NCBI RefSeq assembly: GCF_009914755.1
Contig: NC_060937.1
Reading direction: 5' to 3' (one strand)
Origin: the human T2T-CHM13v2.0 reference genome, Homo sapiens
Length of the DNA stretch: 64,000 bases
Shown here in pieces: positions 15,535-33,678 of the stretch; within the stretch, counting starts at the first letter, position 1; every line of letters starts with the position of its first letter. A program made the translations under genes and the position numbers. Under the pieces are notes generated by a model. It made no database searches, was not told the origin of the DNA, and worked only from the letters and a program-made list of their open reading frames with translations.

Positions 15535-15642
15535 GTCGCCCGGCTCATGGAGATGGGATTTTCCAGAGGTGATGCTTTGGAAGCCCTGAGAGCTTCAAAC
15601 AATGACCTCAATGTCGCCACCAACTTCCTGCTGCAGCACTGA
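15535..15642 (+). CDS. UBAC2: Last coding exon of UBA domain-containing protein 2 (C-terminal UBA domain: VARLMEMGFSRGDALEALRASNNDLNVATNFLLQH*)
   Basis: Polypyrimidine tract plus AG acceptor (tttctgcgttttctctgcctgcag|GTC) at 15534/15535, then 35 codons and TGA. It has the UBA MGF loop and terminal ATNFLL, and matches the UBAC2 C-terminus as I recall it. Upstream exons lie outside the window. Confidence 0.95.
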   Translation, partial: VARLMEMGFSRGDALEALRASNNDLNVATNFLLQH

Positions 15643-16262
15643 TAGTCCCAGGCCAACACTGGGACCGGACCGGCAGCCGAGTGACAGTGCGTGGTCCCCA
15701 CCATCAGATCAGCCCGGGGACCGAGCATCTCTGGTGCTGATGTTCTTGTGGGAAGAGGGAGGTTCCACCGCACCCCTGCCCTCAACCGCAAGACTGTTGC
15801 CGTTTTAGTGTGGAGATAAGTTTGCCATTACATTAGCATGTATTTTCTATCTATATTTTTTATTGGGCATTTTCCCTAGGTTGGAGAGTCAGCACTCGTT
15901 TTGAATGTGTTTAAAATGCATTAAAATGGAAGATTTCTGCAGGCAGTTGAATGGCACTCCAGATGGGGAATTGCTGTAACCCTCTTACTGTAACATGTCA
16001 TCTCCTGCGTCGTGATGGGGAGAGGGTAATGTTACTTCACAAAGGACATGTCAGATCCTTCTTCATGGACTTTTTTAGTTACTGTTTTTTCTCTCAAACT
16101 TGTTTTCGAATCTCCTGGGAGTGAGGGAGAAACAGGGAGCTGAATCCTCCCCCAAGCTGTTCCAGGCCAGAGGACTCTGCAGTACCTTCTCCTACATCTA
16201 GTAACAAAGAATGGTGATAACCATGCACTGGTTCAAGGTTCTGGAGTTCTCCATGAAACTTG

Positions 16263-16355
16263 GGTTAATTTTGCTCAGAGTATCCGGAGTTAGCCACTAG
16301 GCTGCGGGTGAAATGGGATGGAGTAGAACAACAGCAGGCTTCCTGGAGCCACATG
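16263..16355 (+). repeat. 93-bp direct repeat, 3'UTR copy (partner 14213-14305)
   Basis: Same alignment as the intronic copy. Confidence 0.95.
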
Positions 16356-16712
16356 GGCTGACTAGGGCACTCTGTGGCTGGCCTGGCACGGGCTCAGCCC
16401 AGGAAGAGGAGAAACGATCCCTTGCCTGCCCCTCCCTGTGGCAGGGCTAACTGCCTGGCCCTCCTGGCTCGCAGCCAGCCAGCCCCCTGGCAGCAGGTTC
16501 TCCTCAGGGCTTGGGTCTTCAACCTGTGGCGACAGGAGGCAGGGCAGACTGTGGAGGACAGGATGCAGGTCAGGGAGAGGGAAGGCAGGGGTGGACCGCC
16601 ATGAGCATGAAAAGACCCGAAGCAAGTTGACTCTTGCAATGTGCAACTGTTATGTTCTGCAAAATGAGCAACGATGTATCAAATTGATGCAAATTTAGAT
16701 GTTGATACTTAC

Positions 16713-16772
16713 AATAAAGTTTTTAATGTGTTTTACTCTTCAGTATTTTTCTATCAGACTTGTACAAATAAA
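16713..16772 (+). terminator. Tandem polyadenylation signals AATAAA (16713-16718 and 16767-16772)
   Basis: Two canonical hexamers. A U/GU-rich tract follows the first and TGTA (16761) precedes the second. Confidence 0.8.
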
Positions 16773-17673
16773 GCCTTGTTCCAGGCTATACATATTTACC
16801 AGTCAACCAAATCCTCCGCACTGCTCGTCTTTCTTCAGAAGACTGGGTGCTCATTTGAAGTGAGTGAAGTGCTTTTGCTCCTGTAAGTAGCACTGCCCAC
16901 AGTGGCATTACCTGTGCAAACCTGGAAGCTCGGCCTCACTGAGGCTGCCTGGGGCCACTAGCTGCTCAGAGGGGGGTCGAGGTGACTTTCTTGGAGCCCA
17001 GCTGGTCCCACGCACAAGCCCCTCCTTGAATCTGAATTGCGCCATCTCGGGTTGCAAGGAACAGTTGATGGTGGTGGAGATGTCCCTGACTTCATTCCCT
17101 AACTAGGCCACAGTCAACACCTCCTGAGTGCTGAGCAAAGCCGTGTGTGTCTGACCTCTGAGGCAAACCAAAATCCACTCTCTGTGTTCCCCGTGCAAAG
17201 GAGCACAGGCAGAGAACACCCAAAAATACACCCCCTCCTCCATGCTACCCCTTTAAACAGCACCTAGCCAAGTAAAACCAAACCAGAGGCAAAGGTATCC
17301 CTTGGAGACGGGGGCAGCAAATAGCCCCTTTGCAAGTAGCTAATTAGAGGCCTTGATTCACACTTGCCAGCTGTTCTTGAGTGTTTGCTAATCAGGATTC
17401 CCTTTGGAATGAGATTGTATTTTGGAGACCTTTGTCCTGCCCACAGGAACCTCAGTGACCCTCTATGTTGGTTGTTTAGAGAGTAGAGGATTGAGGACCT
17501 AAATAGTGGCAGAGCTGGGAGACAACTACAGGCTTGGTTTGTTCTCTTTAGTTCTTTCAGCCTCTTTCCCAGTTCCTTACAGCTGCCAAGTCCTCGCCTT
17601 TGCAGTGGTGGCCCGTGGTTCTCCATCCTTGTCATGCAACTACCAGGCCACTCTCCCTCCATCACCACCCTCT

Positions 17674-17675
<2 letters not shown>

Positions 17676-17711
<36 letters not shown>
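17676..17711. repeat. (CA)n microsatellite
   Basis: Pure AC run. Confidence 0.95.
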
Positions 17712-17713
<2 letters not shown>

Positions 17714-18568
17714 CACGCCTGCCTTTTCACGCTTGACCATGTTTTCTGTCTTACTGGGGTTCGCATTGCTCACCCACTCTTGCTTCCTGCAAATATTGAC
17801 ACAAAAACATCTACACAGACATTCCCCGCAGAAGTTTGAATACCTGAGAGCTTCCACACCTCTTGTCAAGACACTGGGACTCTTTTTTCAGGCCGATGGC
17901 ACCCCCAAGGAAGACCTGCGGAGCCATCCCAGCCAGAGGAGGGCGCCAGTGAGCCACTTGACTGGGCTTCCTGAGGTCTAGAAAAGGTTTAGCCTTTTGA
18001 TTTTGTGCACGTGGTAACAGATGGGGCTTAATTTTTGGGTGAGCAGATTCTAGATTGTGAATTGAGAAGGTAAGATTTTCCATAGTGACCCCCTGCTCCT
18101 GACATTAAGGAAAGCCTGCCTGTGAAGTTCTGATTTGTAAAGCTAGGGTGAGTTTGGGTTAGAAAGGTGGAGATGTTAGGGAAATTGAGTACAAAATTGT
18201 GAACACATTCCAGTGTCATTTAGAATATTCTGTGAGTCCCTGAGTTTACGTTCCTACAATTGTTCTTAAGTTGAAATGGAAGTGTCTAAAACCATAGACT
18301 TAAGAATTTTATCTTAACCTGAGAGCTTACCTGATACTTAATTTGTGAGAATCAGGAGTATTTTCTTCGCTTCCAAGTTCCCCTAACCAATAGTGTTTTT
18401 GTAAAGGGGTGGACCAAGAACGCCAAAATGGGCTTTACAGCTCAGACTAAAATTCCAGCTCTGAGACTGAAATCTTACACATGATAAAAATTGCCAGAAG
18501 CATGTGAATTTATAACCTGCCAATACAGCCCTGTCTGATGGAGAAACAACCCCACTAGCTACATTGTA

Positions 18569-18652
18569 ACAATGCCACGGATAGACTTGGGGTTCAGGTA
18601 GAAGGGCTGGACAATGCCATGAATAGACTTGGGGTTCAGGTAGAAGGGCTGG
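18569..18652. repeat. 42-bp tandem duplication (2 copies)
   Basis: acaatgcca..atagacttggggttcaggtagaagggctgg at 18569 and 18611. Confidence 0.9.
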
Positions 18653-19307
18653 GGGAAGTGATCACTGGATGTTGGAAATCAATCTGAACAGAGGCGGGGA
18701 CTAGAGAGTCAAATCACAAGTCTTGCTCTTGGGATGATGGAGTAAATTGATGACCAGGAATTAGGAGAGAGGAGGGCTGGGGATGGAACCCTGAGGAACT
18801 CGGCATCTGGAGTGGAGGAAGAGGTGGAGAGGTGGCAGGAGTATCAGGAGAGGGCAGCCCAGGCTGGGATGTGGGAGTGTCAAGGATTGGGGGGCGGCAC
18901 TACTGCTGGGAAGGGCCTGGGCGAGGGCAGAGTGGTGGCGGCTTCCAGAGGAAATGTAAAGACTAGTGAGAAAGCGGAGGTGGGGCACAGGCTCAACCAG
19001 GGCACTTGGCAGTGGGGAAGGGGAGAGCCAGGGACAGGGACCGTGAGATCCAGGCCCAGAATGGGGTGCACTCAGGAGCCACGAAGCGGGGCACCGCAGA
19101 AACCGGAAGCATCCTTCATTCAGTCCCCTGGAACTAGAGGAAGGAGAAAATGAAGGTCGAAGTGAGACCGAAGGCGAGGAAGCTCCTGTCCTGGAGTCTC
19201 TAGCTCCCTAAGAGGAGGGCCTGGGGGCTAACAGAGAGCAGATGGACGTCTTCAAATGAGAGAAACACGAAGGATCTACATTGGCTAGAAACAATAGCTT
19301 TGGCCTC

Positions 19308-19670
<363 letters not shown>

Positions 19671-20734
19671 TAATGGGAATTTCAAATATCCTAGAAATTT
19701 ACACAGTGCCAAGAAACTAGCTGGAATGTGTAGGCCCCTTATAGCCAGTCCATAATTCTCAGGGAAGTTGATCAGTTCTGTGACCTTTCTGGAATCTTCT
19801 GTGTGAGCTGCCCTGGGAGTCTGAGTAGACTTGGAGTGGGAGGGAAGAAAGTAACCCAGGTCTGTGGAGGAGTAGGGGAGAGAGGTCTGCAATAGGAATC
19901 TTCCCAGACTAACACCAGCAAATCAAGTTACGACCCACCATGGTCCTCACCCGGACACAAAAATCGTTTAGGGACAGGGGCTGTCCCCAAATGGCCAGAC
20001 CCACAGATTCCGGGGCCTCCAACTTCACCACAGCGAAACAGAAGAAGCAGCAACAGTCCTGCGTGAGCTCCACGCAGAAGGACTGGAGAAACCCTCCAGA
20101 ATCGCACTTGGCCCAGGCACGGGGGGCTCTCCCCAATCTGACGGCACCCTTGCCCAGCAGCCCCTTCTCCCCAAGGGGCCGTCTGTTCTGAAACATAGGG
20201 GGCTCGCAGGTTTGTAGAATGTTGGAACTAGAGAGTGTTTATCTGGTGTAGCCCACCTCTTCAGGTGAGGAGACAGATCAGAGAAGGTGCCAGGGTAACT
20301 TGGCCGGGATCCCGAGGGCCATGATGGACTTGAGGCAAAGTCAGCTCCCTGGGCCAGGCCTGTCCTCAGCCCTCCCCTGGCTGCTTCGGGCCTCCCCTCA
20401 ACCTGGGCAGTGGGAGGAGAGCAAGAAGGTCCCCAGGGTTGGCCCTCAAATTCCTCTTGGGACTGTGCTGCTCCCTCATCCCACCCACGCCATGCCCAGC
20501 AGCACCCATGGCTCCTCTCAGGCCAGCCCTCCTTGCTGTCTGCGCAAGAAGGGAACCCAGAGGGATGTGGCAGCGAAACTCAGGCCCGATTCTCCCCTGG
20601 GGCCAGAGTTTTCTTCCAAACCCACTACATCTGCCTGAAGCCATGTCCACCTGGCTGTCACCACAGACAGAATGGGAGACTCGGGCCTTGTAATCAAAGG
20701 TGCTCTCCTGCCACTGAGGAAGGATGGTGGCCCC

Positions 20735-20778
20735 GTGACATGCTAAAGTGGGCTGGTGACATGCTAAAGTGGGCTGGT
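20735..20778. repeat. 21-bp tandem duplication
   Basis: gtgacatgctaaagtgggctg twice. Confidence 0.85.
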
Positions 20779-21642
20779 GGTGACACAGTGTCTCCTGAGA
20801 TTCAACTCACCTTGAAGACAATTCGCCTTCGCAAATGTGGCCAGGTGGAGCCTCAGCAGAAAGCTGGGTTTGCTGTTGGTTTCTCTCCCCAGATGATGTA
20901 CAGCCATGGAGCCTCTGCACACCACTTTGCATCCACCAAAGACAGACCCAGGCTCAGTGAAGCATGGAGACTGCGGATGTCAGGGAAGGCCTGGGAGAGC
21001 TTCCCTCGCTTCCATCCAGTGTGTTCACCGGCCCACTGTAAAGGGAGGAGTTGCCAGAGGCTCTGGGAACACCAAAGGCGAGGGCCCTGGGAGGTGGTGG
21101 CAACGGGCCCCAGGGACTGGCTTCTTGCTCCTTGGGGGCCCAGGGAAGCCACTTCTTCCCCTTCCGATCAGCCCTGCCGCATCAGAGACGGCTCTGCTCC
21201 CGGGTGGGAGAAGCTCCCGCCATCCTCTGCCTTCCCCTGCCCCTAGACAATCATATAGGAGCCCACGTGATGGACTTTTCTGTTCAACAAGGCTTTCGGT
21301 GCTTCACGGGGCCATAGCCAGTTTTGCTCTTTTGCTATCTTGGCAGTTCTGTGTACGGGGTGCCTATCATACAATGCTAATAGGAGGTTAAACAGAAGCA
21401 CCATATTATATCCGGAAGCTGATCAGCCTAGAACTATCGATGCAGATTTTGTAAAACCCACATTCATGTAACATATGGCTGACCCCAGTTTTTCATATGA
21501 ACAAAGCTGTCGGGACCACAGAGATCTTTGGCAAAATAGGCAGTCTCTTTGGAGGGCAGGTTGCCTCCTCTCAGCAGGCAGGTCCTACTGTACTTAAATG
21601 TGCACAAAGATGAATGTGATACTAACACTTAAGGCCTGTTTA

Positions 21643-22146
<504 letters not shown>

Positions 22147-23489
22147 TCACTCCTAGCCTGTCTTATTCCTGATTATGTGAATGGCCATTTCAAATTACGA
22201 AATTTCTAAATTCAGAGCTCAGAACTACTTCAAAATGATAAAAGCAAATCAGCATACAGTTGCCTTGGGGGCAGGGGAAGACAGTGGGTAGGGCTGGGGC
22301 AGGGCACCCCAGGGCTTCAGAAGCTCCAGTAGTTTGAATTTCTGAAACTGGGTGGAGGTACAGGGTGTCTGTTTTACTGGTTTTTAAATGTCCTACATAC
22401 CTCCTTTATGTACTCTTCTGTATTATGACGTATTCAATCAAAAGTTGAAATTCTCCAAAGATATATTCCCTCCCCTCTTTTGATTATTTGCCAACTTCTT
22501 CCAGAGATTCCTATACACTTGTGCACCCCTTCTCCCCGGGAGAGCTCCAGAACCCTGGAGCTGGGTGGACGGGGTGTAGACCAGGCAGCGTGGTGCAAGG
22601 GATTCCAGCCTGGAGCTTGAGCACCGAGAGTCGGGGAGACTCCCGTCTGGGGGAGCCTCTGACACCACTCCTCTCTTCTCATGTGAAGGCTCTGTTTCCA
22701 GCCCCTGCTGCGGCCTGGGAGAGGGCACAGCTTTTCCTCGGTGTTTACCCACAGATTCTCACACTTTCCAGATGATTCCTGTTTGCTCCCAAACCTTATC
22801 CCTCCTGTTCAAGGTTTCTACCTCGAGGGGAGAAGTAAGGACACTGCGGCTGACCGTCACCCAATAGGCCACAGAGATGAATGAAGAGAAAGGGGCAGCC
22901 TTCACTTTCCAGACCTCTTATAATCCAGCCATCTAATGCACTGGGACTCTAGGCAGAGCCCCTCCTGTCCCCCGAGGCTGTGTGGTTTGGATGTCAGGGC
23001 CTTCCTGTAAGATGGGAAGACGCCCTGCTCAGCTCCACCCGCCTGGAGAGCTCCCATGGGTGCGAGGGAGATGGGGAGTGCGGCTCTGTTTCCTAAACTG
23101 TTGAATGCTGAGTTCGTGGCATATTCTTAGTACCACTGGAAATACCAACAAATAATAAGCTAGGGTCTGATTTTGAAAGTGAATAATAGAGATTTTGAAA
23201 TACCTTTAATTGGCTGGCCTTGGGAAATGTTCCTGCCAAGCAGGAAAAGATTCAGGAGGACAGAGGCGCCGCCCTCCCCAGGCACTTGCCAGCGGTGCAA
23301 TTGTCTCTGCGCCCACCACCTCCTCTCCCCTGAAAAAAGGCTTGTGTTTAAAAGGGGTGCTTCAGGAGCCCTCTGTCCATCATCTCCTCCTTCCTCCTCT
23401 GAATCTCCCCCTTTGCCCTTATTACTGACACTTCCCTAGCAATTTCTCTGGTTACAAAAAAAAAAAAAAAAAGAAAAGAAAAAGGACAA

Positions 23490-24160
<671 letters not shown>

Positions 24161-24423
24161 ACAAATTCCTTGAAACAAGTTGTGACATGCACTGTCCCCA
24201 TTCTCTCAGCTCCCGAACACCTGGCCTCCATCCTCAATGGCCAGTTTTTGGCTGGATGCTATGGCCCGCTCTCGGGCTGCTGGTAACCCCCTCGGCTCCA
24301 TGGCTGGAGCAGCGGCCCCCTGTCCTGGCTCCCACACCACCGCCTCTCTGTCTCTCCCGCAGCTTCCTCAGCCTCTTCCCTCCCCATGAATGTTGGTGCT
24401 CCTGGGTCCTTTCTAGCCCTCCG

Positions 24424-24940
24424 TGTTAGCCAGGGCTTTTTACTCTCTGCATTCCAATGCTTTCACATCTTGGGGCCTTGCTGACCCTGGAGAGACAAAC
24501 CCTGTACCCCGGGGCCAGCCAATCCCTAGAGACAGAAAAAGGCCTGAAGGGAGCACACTGTTCAGAGGCAAGGCAGCCAACCCAATGCCTGCACCCCCGA
24601 CCTCCACCACCTGTCTGGGGCTCTCACACTCCAGGCCACTATGCCCCTGCCCTTGTCAAGCAGTACCAGGTACCAGGCCCCTAAGGACAGCCCCTCTGCC
24701 CCAGAGCCTGCATGCCCCCCTCCCGTTGATGCTTCTCGTGGAAACCACATTCAAGGTCTTGCCCACGCTCTCCTGACCCTCCCTCTGCCTGCTGACCAGC
24801 CCTGGTTCTCCCCTGGCTGGCCTGGGTGGCAGAGTGTGCCCCTCTCCTTGGGAGCTGTGAGTAACGAACTGTCTTTTCAATGGTGCTCGGCCGCTGATCT
24901 GTTGGCCTCATCATACCTGAGAAACAATAAAGCCTACAGT
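24424..24940 (+). mobile_element. ERVL-class solo LTR (MER74/MER73-like)
   Basis: tgttagc...acatcttggggccttgctgaccctggagagac...agccaatccctagagacag, AATAAA near the end. Same family as 39937-40701. Confidence 0.6.
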
Positions 24941-25616
24941 TTAGAGAAGCCCCTCAACTCTCCCTGGGACTGTCGTCCACCTCACCCCTCCCAAACCCGT
25001 ACCCTCACCCTAAATCGCTCTTCCAGACTGCACACCTCGTATGTCCCACTTTATACTGGACACCTCCATGTGCCTGTCCTAGGGCTCCTAAGCCCACGTC
25101 TTCCACCCTCAAACTTCATCTGACCCCACGCTCCCTATCTCAGGAAGTGACAGCACCCTCAATCCAGTCCCCCAACCCCAAACTCGGGAGCTCTCCCAGA
25201 GTTTCCCTAACCCCTTCTCCGACGTCAGTCTCCACCCAGCACCTAACACACTTCACATGTTACGTTGTAATTGTCTGATTCTGTATGTCCCCTGCTGGCC
25301 TACCTGGGCCATGAGGCTGGAGACCACGTCTACCCACTGTGTCCCCAACACCCAGAACCACACGTGGTGAATGTGGGAATGAATGTGGAAGATGAGTATT
25401 GGCCTAGAGACAAAATCATAAATTACTAGAGATGAAGAAGGTCCCCGCCCTGCCCTTGGTGCACGCATCCTCTCCCATGTCTCAGAGAGCAGTCCTTTAT
25501 ACGCGGGGATTGAGCTGAGTCAGCCTGGGACTGAAGTTCTGGCAATGTTCTACCTTGGTCAATTTATAGCATTTTACACCTTATTGCAACCTACCCAAGA
25601 GGCTTATATTAGGTGT

Positions 25617-25621
<5 letters not shown>

Positions 25622-25652
<31 letters not shown>
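25622..25652. repeat. (CA)n microsatellite
   Basis: Pure CA run. Confidence 0.95.
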
Positions 25653-25654
<2 letters not shown>

Positions 25655-26634
25655 GCTCCTCACCCCCTGAGACCAGCTCCCCCGCTGCCTGTCCTGCTAA
25701 TCACAGAGCTCAGCAGACCATGTGTCAAGACTCCTTAGGATCCACAGATCCAAGCCTCAGAAGGTGAAGTTGGCCTTTGGCATTAGAAAATGTAACTTCC
25801 CAGATTTCTACAATTATAGTGGAACAGGGCGCCCATACCATGAGGCACTCGCGTTGCCTGAGGTGTGGTCTGACCCATGTGCTATAGGGTTGCTGTGCCC
25901 TCAGGTGGCACGGCCTGCCCCAAGCCTGGCTGCCCACAACCATCACAGGCCAGGGGAACTTCTTAGTCTCTGTGCCATCCCGTATGCTGTCACTTGGCGA
26001 AGTGAGAACCGCAGTGAAAGCTGGACAGTGGTTACCTGCGGTGTGCAGCAGTGCCCAGGAAGTGGGACTCTCGGTGGAAATGTGCTTTTTGGAGAAAGCC
26101 AAAAGCCCATCGGAATATGTGAGCATCTACAAATATGATGTACGAAACTTTCTGTTCTTCCTCCTTAAAATGTCAAGTGATTACAATTCTTAGGTGTCAT
26201 TACACCATCCTCCAGCCAGTGGTGAAATCCTTGGACATTCTGGTTGGGTGGTCACTGTCCGTCCCCAGGGAACAGGGTTCAAGGCCTCATTACTGTAGAG
26301 CAATGTAGAGCCCTGGCTGACAGGGCTTCTCCTGGCCTGTGCCCTGCCTCTGTCCTGATCCTGTGGGCTGAGGAAACCCTTAGAAGTGGTCCCTCTCATG
26401 CTTCCATTTTGACACGAGATTATTTTGATAGGGTCTGAAAAACAAAGCATACAAGTTAAACTTTTTTTTTTTAAAGCAACTAATGTTTAAAAGAGACCCC
26501 TCTCATTCCTTCTCCAAGCCTCACCTTTGCAGTCGGGCTCTGAGGCAGTGTGTGGGGGCTTGAAGTGGGAGATTAGATGGGACTCAGAGAAAGGGAGAGT
26601 GTCTGGAAAGAGGGGTGTTCAGAAATGGGTGGGT

Positions 26635-27078
26635 GTTGTGGGCTGAATCGAGTCCCCCCAAAAGATATGATGAAGTCCTAACCCCTGGCATCTGTATGTT
26701 CTTAAATAGGGTCTTTGTAGATGTAATCAAGCCAAGATGAGGTCATTAAGGTGGGCCTAACCCAACGTGACTGGTGTCCTTATACGAGGAGAGAAACACC
26801 AGGTGAAGGCAGAGACAGAGGGGGAGAAGGCCACAGGAAGATGACGGCAGAGGCTGGAGCGATGGATCTGCCAGGTTGGAAACGTCAAAGAGCTCCAGCA
26901 AGAACCAGCAGCCTGGGGAGGAATGGTAAGTTCTCCCTAACAGCCCCCAGAAGGAACCAGCCCCACCAGGGCCGTATCTCAGACTTCCAGCCTCCAGAAC
27001 TGTGGGACAAGAAGTTTCCATTGTGTTTCAGCCTCACAGTTCACAGCACTTTGTTACAGCAGCTCGAACCAACTACCA
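26635..27078 (+). mobile_element. MLT1 (B/C/D-like) MaLR LTR
   Basis: tgtgggctgaat...cccccaaaagatatg...aaatagggtctttgtagatgtaatcaag...agacttccagcctccagaactgtg. Confidence 0.8.
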
Positions 27079-27231
27079 CAGTGGGCCGGAGTCAGGTATT
27101 GGCAAAGGTCTTCAAAAAGGGGCCCTGGACCTGGCCTATCAGACTCACTCACATTGTCCCCAAACCCACTTCCCCACCAATCATTCCTATTTTTATTCAC
27201 ATTCCCATAGACATTTGACCTTGAAGTCACC

Positions 27232-27660
27232 TGTGATGGTTCATTTTGTGTGTCACCTTGGCTAGGCTATGGTGCCCAGCTGTTTGGTCAAACACTGCTG
27301 TAAATGTCGTGGGGAAGGTATTATTTAGATGAGGTTAACATTTAAATCAGTAGACTTTGGGTAGAGCTGATTACCCTCCATAAGAGGGGGAAGGTGGGCC
27401 TCACCCCACCAGCTGAAGGCATTAAGAGCAAAGACTGAGTTTTCTGGAGAAGAAGCAATTCTACCTCAATCCCACAATATAGAAGTTCTGCTCGAGTCTC
27501 CGGCTTGCCTGGCCTCCCTTGTGGATTTCAGATTTGCCAGGTACCACTCCTATGGTGCAAACACACACACACATATGTGTGCGTGTGCCTGTGTGTGTCT
27601 GTGTGTGCGTTGTGTGTGTGTCACATTGCTTCTGTTTCTCTGGAGACCTCTCATATATAA
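27232..27660 (+). mobile_element. MLT2 ERVL LTR
   Basis: tgtgatggttcattttgtgtgtcaccttggctaggctatggtgcccagctgtttggtcaaacac, an internal CA/TG repeat and ttctgtttctctggaga. Confidence 0.8.
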
Positions 27661-27754
27661 TCACTCACTTTATTTTTCCAAAAAAAAAACCACAGGCGGG
27701 CCTCCTCTCTTGATTTCGCCTTTGAAATGTCTCTTAAATCTCTTCTTTTCTTTA

Positions 27755-28160
27755 GTGCTCTGGTTCTCAGAATAGGCCACACATCAGAATCACTGGAGAC
27801 CTTTGGAAAATCCTAACACCAGCCACACCCACAGCAATTACATCACATCTCTGGGGATGGGACCCAAGTGGGCATCAGGATTTTTTAAATGTCCCCCGAC
27901 GATTCTCATGTGCAGCCAAAGTTGAGGACCAACGGTTTGATAAGGAAAGAAAGCCAGGAGGGAAACAGGTCCCGCCACCTCTGAATGTGGCGTCTTCTGA
28001 GCCGTCACTGCTCAAACACAACCCCTGGACCAGCAGCATCAGTGTCCCCTGAGAGCTTAGACATGCAGACTCTCAGGCCCCAGCCCAGACTGACTGGAGA
28101 AGAAGCTGCATCTTAACAAGACCCCAGGTGATGCCTGTGTCCACATTAAAGCATGAAAGC
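27755..28160. mobile_element. Two MER5-family hAT MITE relics
   Basis: catcagaatcactgg...gattctcatgtgcagccaaagttgaggaccaac and accagcagcatcag...ttaacaagaccccaggtgat. Confidence 0.65.
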
Positions 28161-28339
28161 TTGAAGAGCTTTGTCTAGGACGAACCTAAAGCAATCAGTG
28201 TCCCAGGGCAGGCTGCCATAGATGAGTTCTGTGGAAACCCAGGGGTGCAGGGGGGCTGACCATGGGTCACGCTGATCTTGTCATGAGCTTGGGGTCTGCT
28301 CTCACAGCCCTTTTGTGACCAGCGTGAATTTGCACATGG

Positions 28340-28540
28340 GCTTTGCCATCAGGCGTGGCTTTGAATCTCAGCTCTGCTGTCCACCCCCGTGTGACTTTGA
28401 TGGCCCCGTTTCCTCATCTGTTGTGTGCCAATAATAGTGATGCCTAAATGAAATAATCACGAGAAATGCAAAACAAGATAGTCTCTGTGAATGGCTTAGC
28501 ACAGGGCCTGCAAAAATCAAAGCCTTAGTAAATGGGAGAG
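28340..28540 (+). mobile_element. MIR SINE
   Basis: ggctttgaatctcagctctgc...gtttcctcatctg...gcttagcacagggcctg. Confidence 0.6.
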
Positions 28541-28649
28541 CTGCTGTCAACAGCGGGCCCAGCAGCCCTGTCAGAACCACCGCGAGCCCCCCAGCCCACT
28601 GCAGGTTCTCAGCAGACACTGGCTGCACCAGGAGGGCCTGATGGGCTCG

Positions 28650-29205
28650 GTGTGACCAAGACGGCCCTGAGGTTCTCCTCGCCTTGACTCGGCTGTCAGC
28701 AGGCTCTTTCCTCATTCTAGGCCTTTGACCTCCCTTTTATAGGCCCCTGATGCATTTACTTTAGAAAACTTGCAATTGTCAATTCTTTCTCTGCCTCTAT
28801 GAGACAGAAATCTTCTCCCAGCCTCTTACCAGTTGTATGAAACAGGACTGTCCTCCTCAAGGACCCAGGAGCCATCTCTTTGAAATGTCATCATCAAGGA
28901 AGACAGTGCCTCTGCCTCCTGTTCCCTTTGGCAGGGTGGGCCCCTTGCTCCCTGCAAAACTGTCCGCCATCAAAAGCTATGAGAAGTTTATTTCACCTTT
29001 GGAGAAAGCCACTTAGCAAACGCAGATGGCCTTGGACCTCTCCTAACATACCCAGGACTTTTCTGGCTCACTACAGCGTTTAAAAACCCTCCACCCTTTA
29101 TTTCCACAGAATTGAGTTCCGATTGAGCTTTGGCCTCTTTGCTCTTGCAGCAGCCTTGAGTGAAGTCTTCCCTGCCTGTATAATATTGCCTGCTGCAGCT
29201 TTACT
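28650..29205 (+). mobile_element. ERV1 solo LTR (MER39/MER34-like)
   Basis: gaaaacttgcaattgtcaattctttctctgc...tcctcaaggacccaggagccatctctttgaaatgtcatcatcaaggaaga. Confidence 0.6.
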
Positions 29206-30248
29206 TTGGTGAGTTCCAGCCTCAGATCTTCTACTCAGATCTTCTGCGGCTGCAGAAGATGGTCATTAGAACAGGGACAGTTGATCTCATCTCCTAATCT
29301 CAGCAGGATATCAAGATCAGAAGCCACATCTGTGCTGGAAGAACTGATGGGAACTCAGGTGGGAGGGTCTGTACCTGCCTTACCAGCCAGACGGTTAGGG
29401 TTGGGGTGCTGAGTGTTCCCAGCCACTGTCAGCTGGCCTAGCAGAGCCCTGGTGGGATTTGGGGGTGAGTCTGGGTCTGAGTCTGTGACCGCCTCCTCTC
29501 TGCAACTTCTTGCTCCTCCCACCTGCCTTCACCTTCTCTCCTGTCTCAACCCCTTTCCTTCCCACAGTTGAAGCAGAAACCCCCTGACCCCACCCTCTGA
29601 TCTGTCCAAAGTCCAGAAAACACAAACCCTCACTACGGTCCCGCTCTTCCTTCCTTCCCCATCTATTCAGATAATCCTTGAAATCCACCCCAAGTGACTG
29701 GGAGACTCTCCTGCTGTCACCAGCCCCTCAGCGGCAGTGGCAGCCCCCATTAGCAAGCGCAGCACAGGCCTGGCACCCTGCTCGCGGCCATCCCGTCCCC
29801 CACCCATGCCCACCAGGCACCCGCCTCAGCCCCTCTTCTTTGATGAGGCCAGGCACTGAGTCCATCCCCAGGGCTGTGGACTTAAGTGGAAGATTTAGGA
29901 GTGACAGTGGAAGGGGCACAGCCGCCTCCTTCAGGAGTGAACTAAAGTGTGCCTTTGACAAACCTCTTCACCGTTTCTAGCACCTAGATTCCAGCCTCCC
30001 ACCAAGGTGCTGCCTCCCCTCTCCTACTGCCCCCTGGGAACTCTGCCTTGCTCCCACTGCCTGCAGAGAGAGCAGCGCTCCAGCCCAGGCCCCAAGCTCC
30101 CCAAGCTCAGCTCAGCCCCAGCCTCCGCACATCTCAAGACCTACCGAACTGATCTGGGACTACCTCCCGCCGCCTCACTGTTTGTCAGCAAGGCACTGGC
30201 TCTCAGCCTCCATTGCTCTTGGGAACCTGCGAGAAGATTTCGAAATAA

Positions 30249-33678
<3,430 letters not shown>

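Larger units (their letters stand above)
15643..16795 (+). other. UBAC2: UBAC2 3'UTR (3' end approximate)
   Basis: Follows the stop codon, lacks obvious interspersed repeats and ends at tandem poly(A) signals. Confidence 0.8.

Noticed and set aside
20410-21246. 278-aa ORF
   Set aside because: Non-ATG start, no recognisable domain and GC-rich composition; probably chance.
29268-29365. Faint resemblance to 5S rRNA (gatctcatct...aatctcag)
   Set aside because: Too degenerate to support by eye; would need an Infernal/Dfam search.
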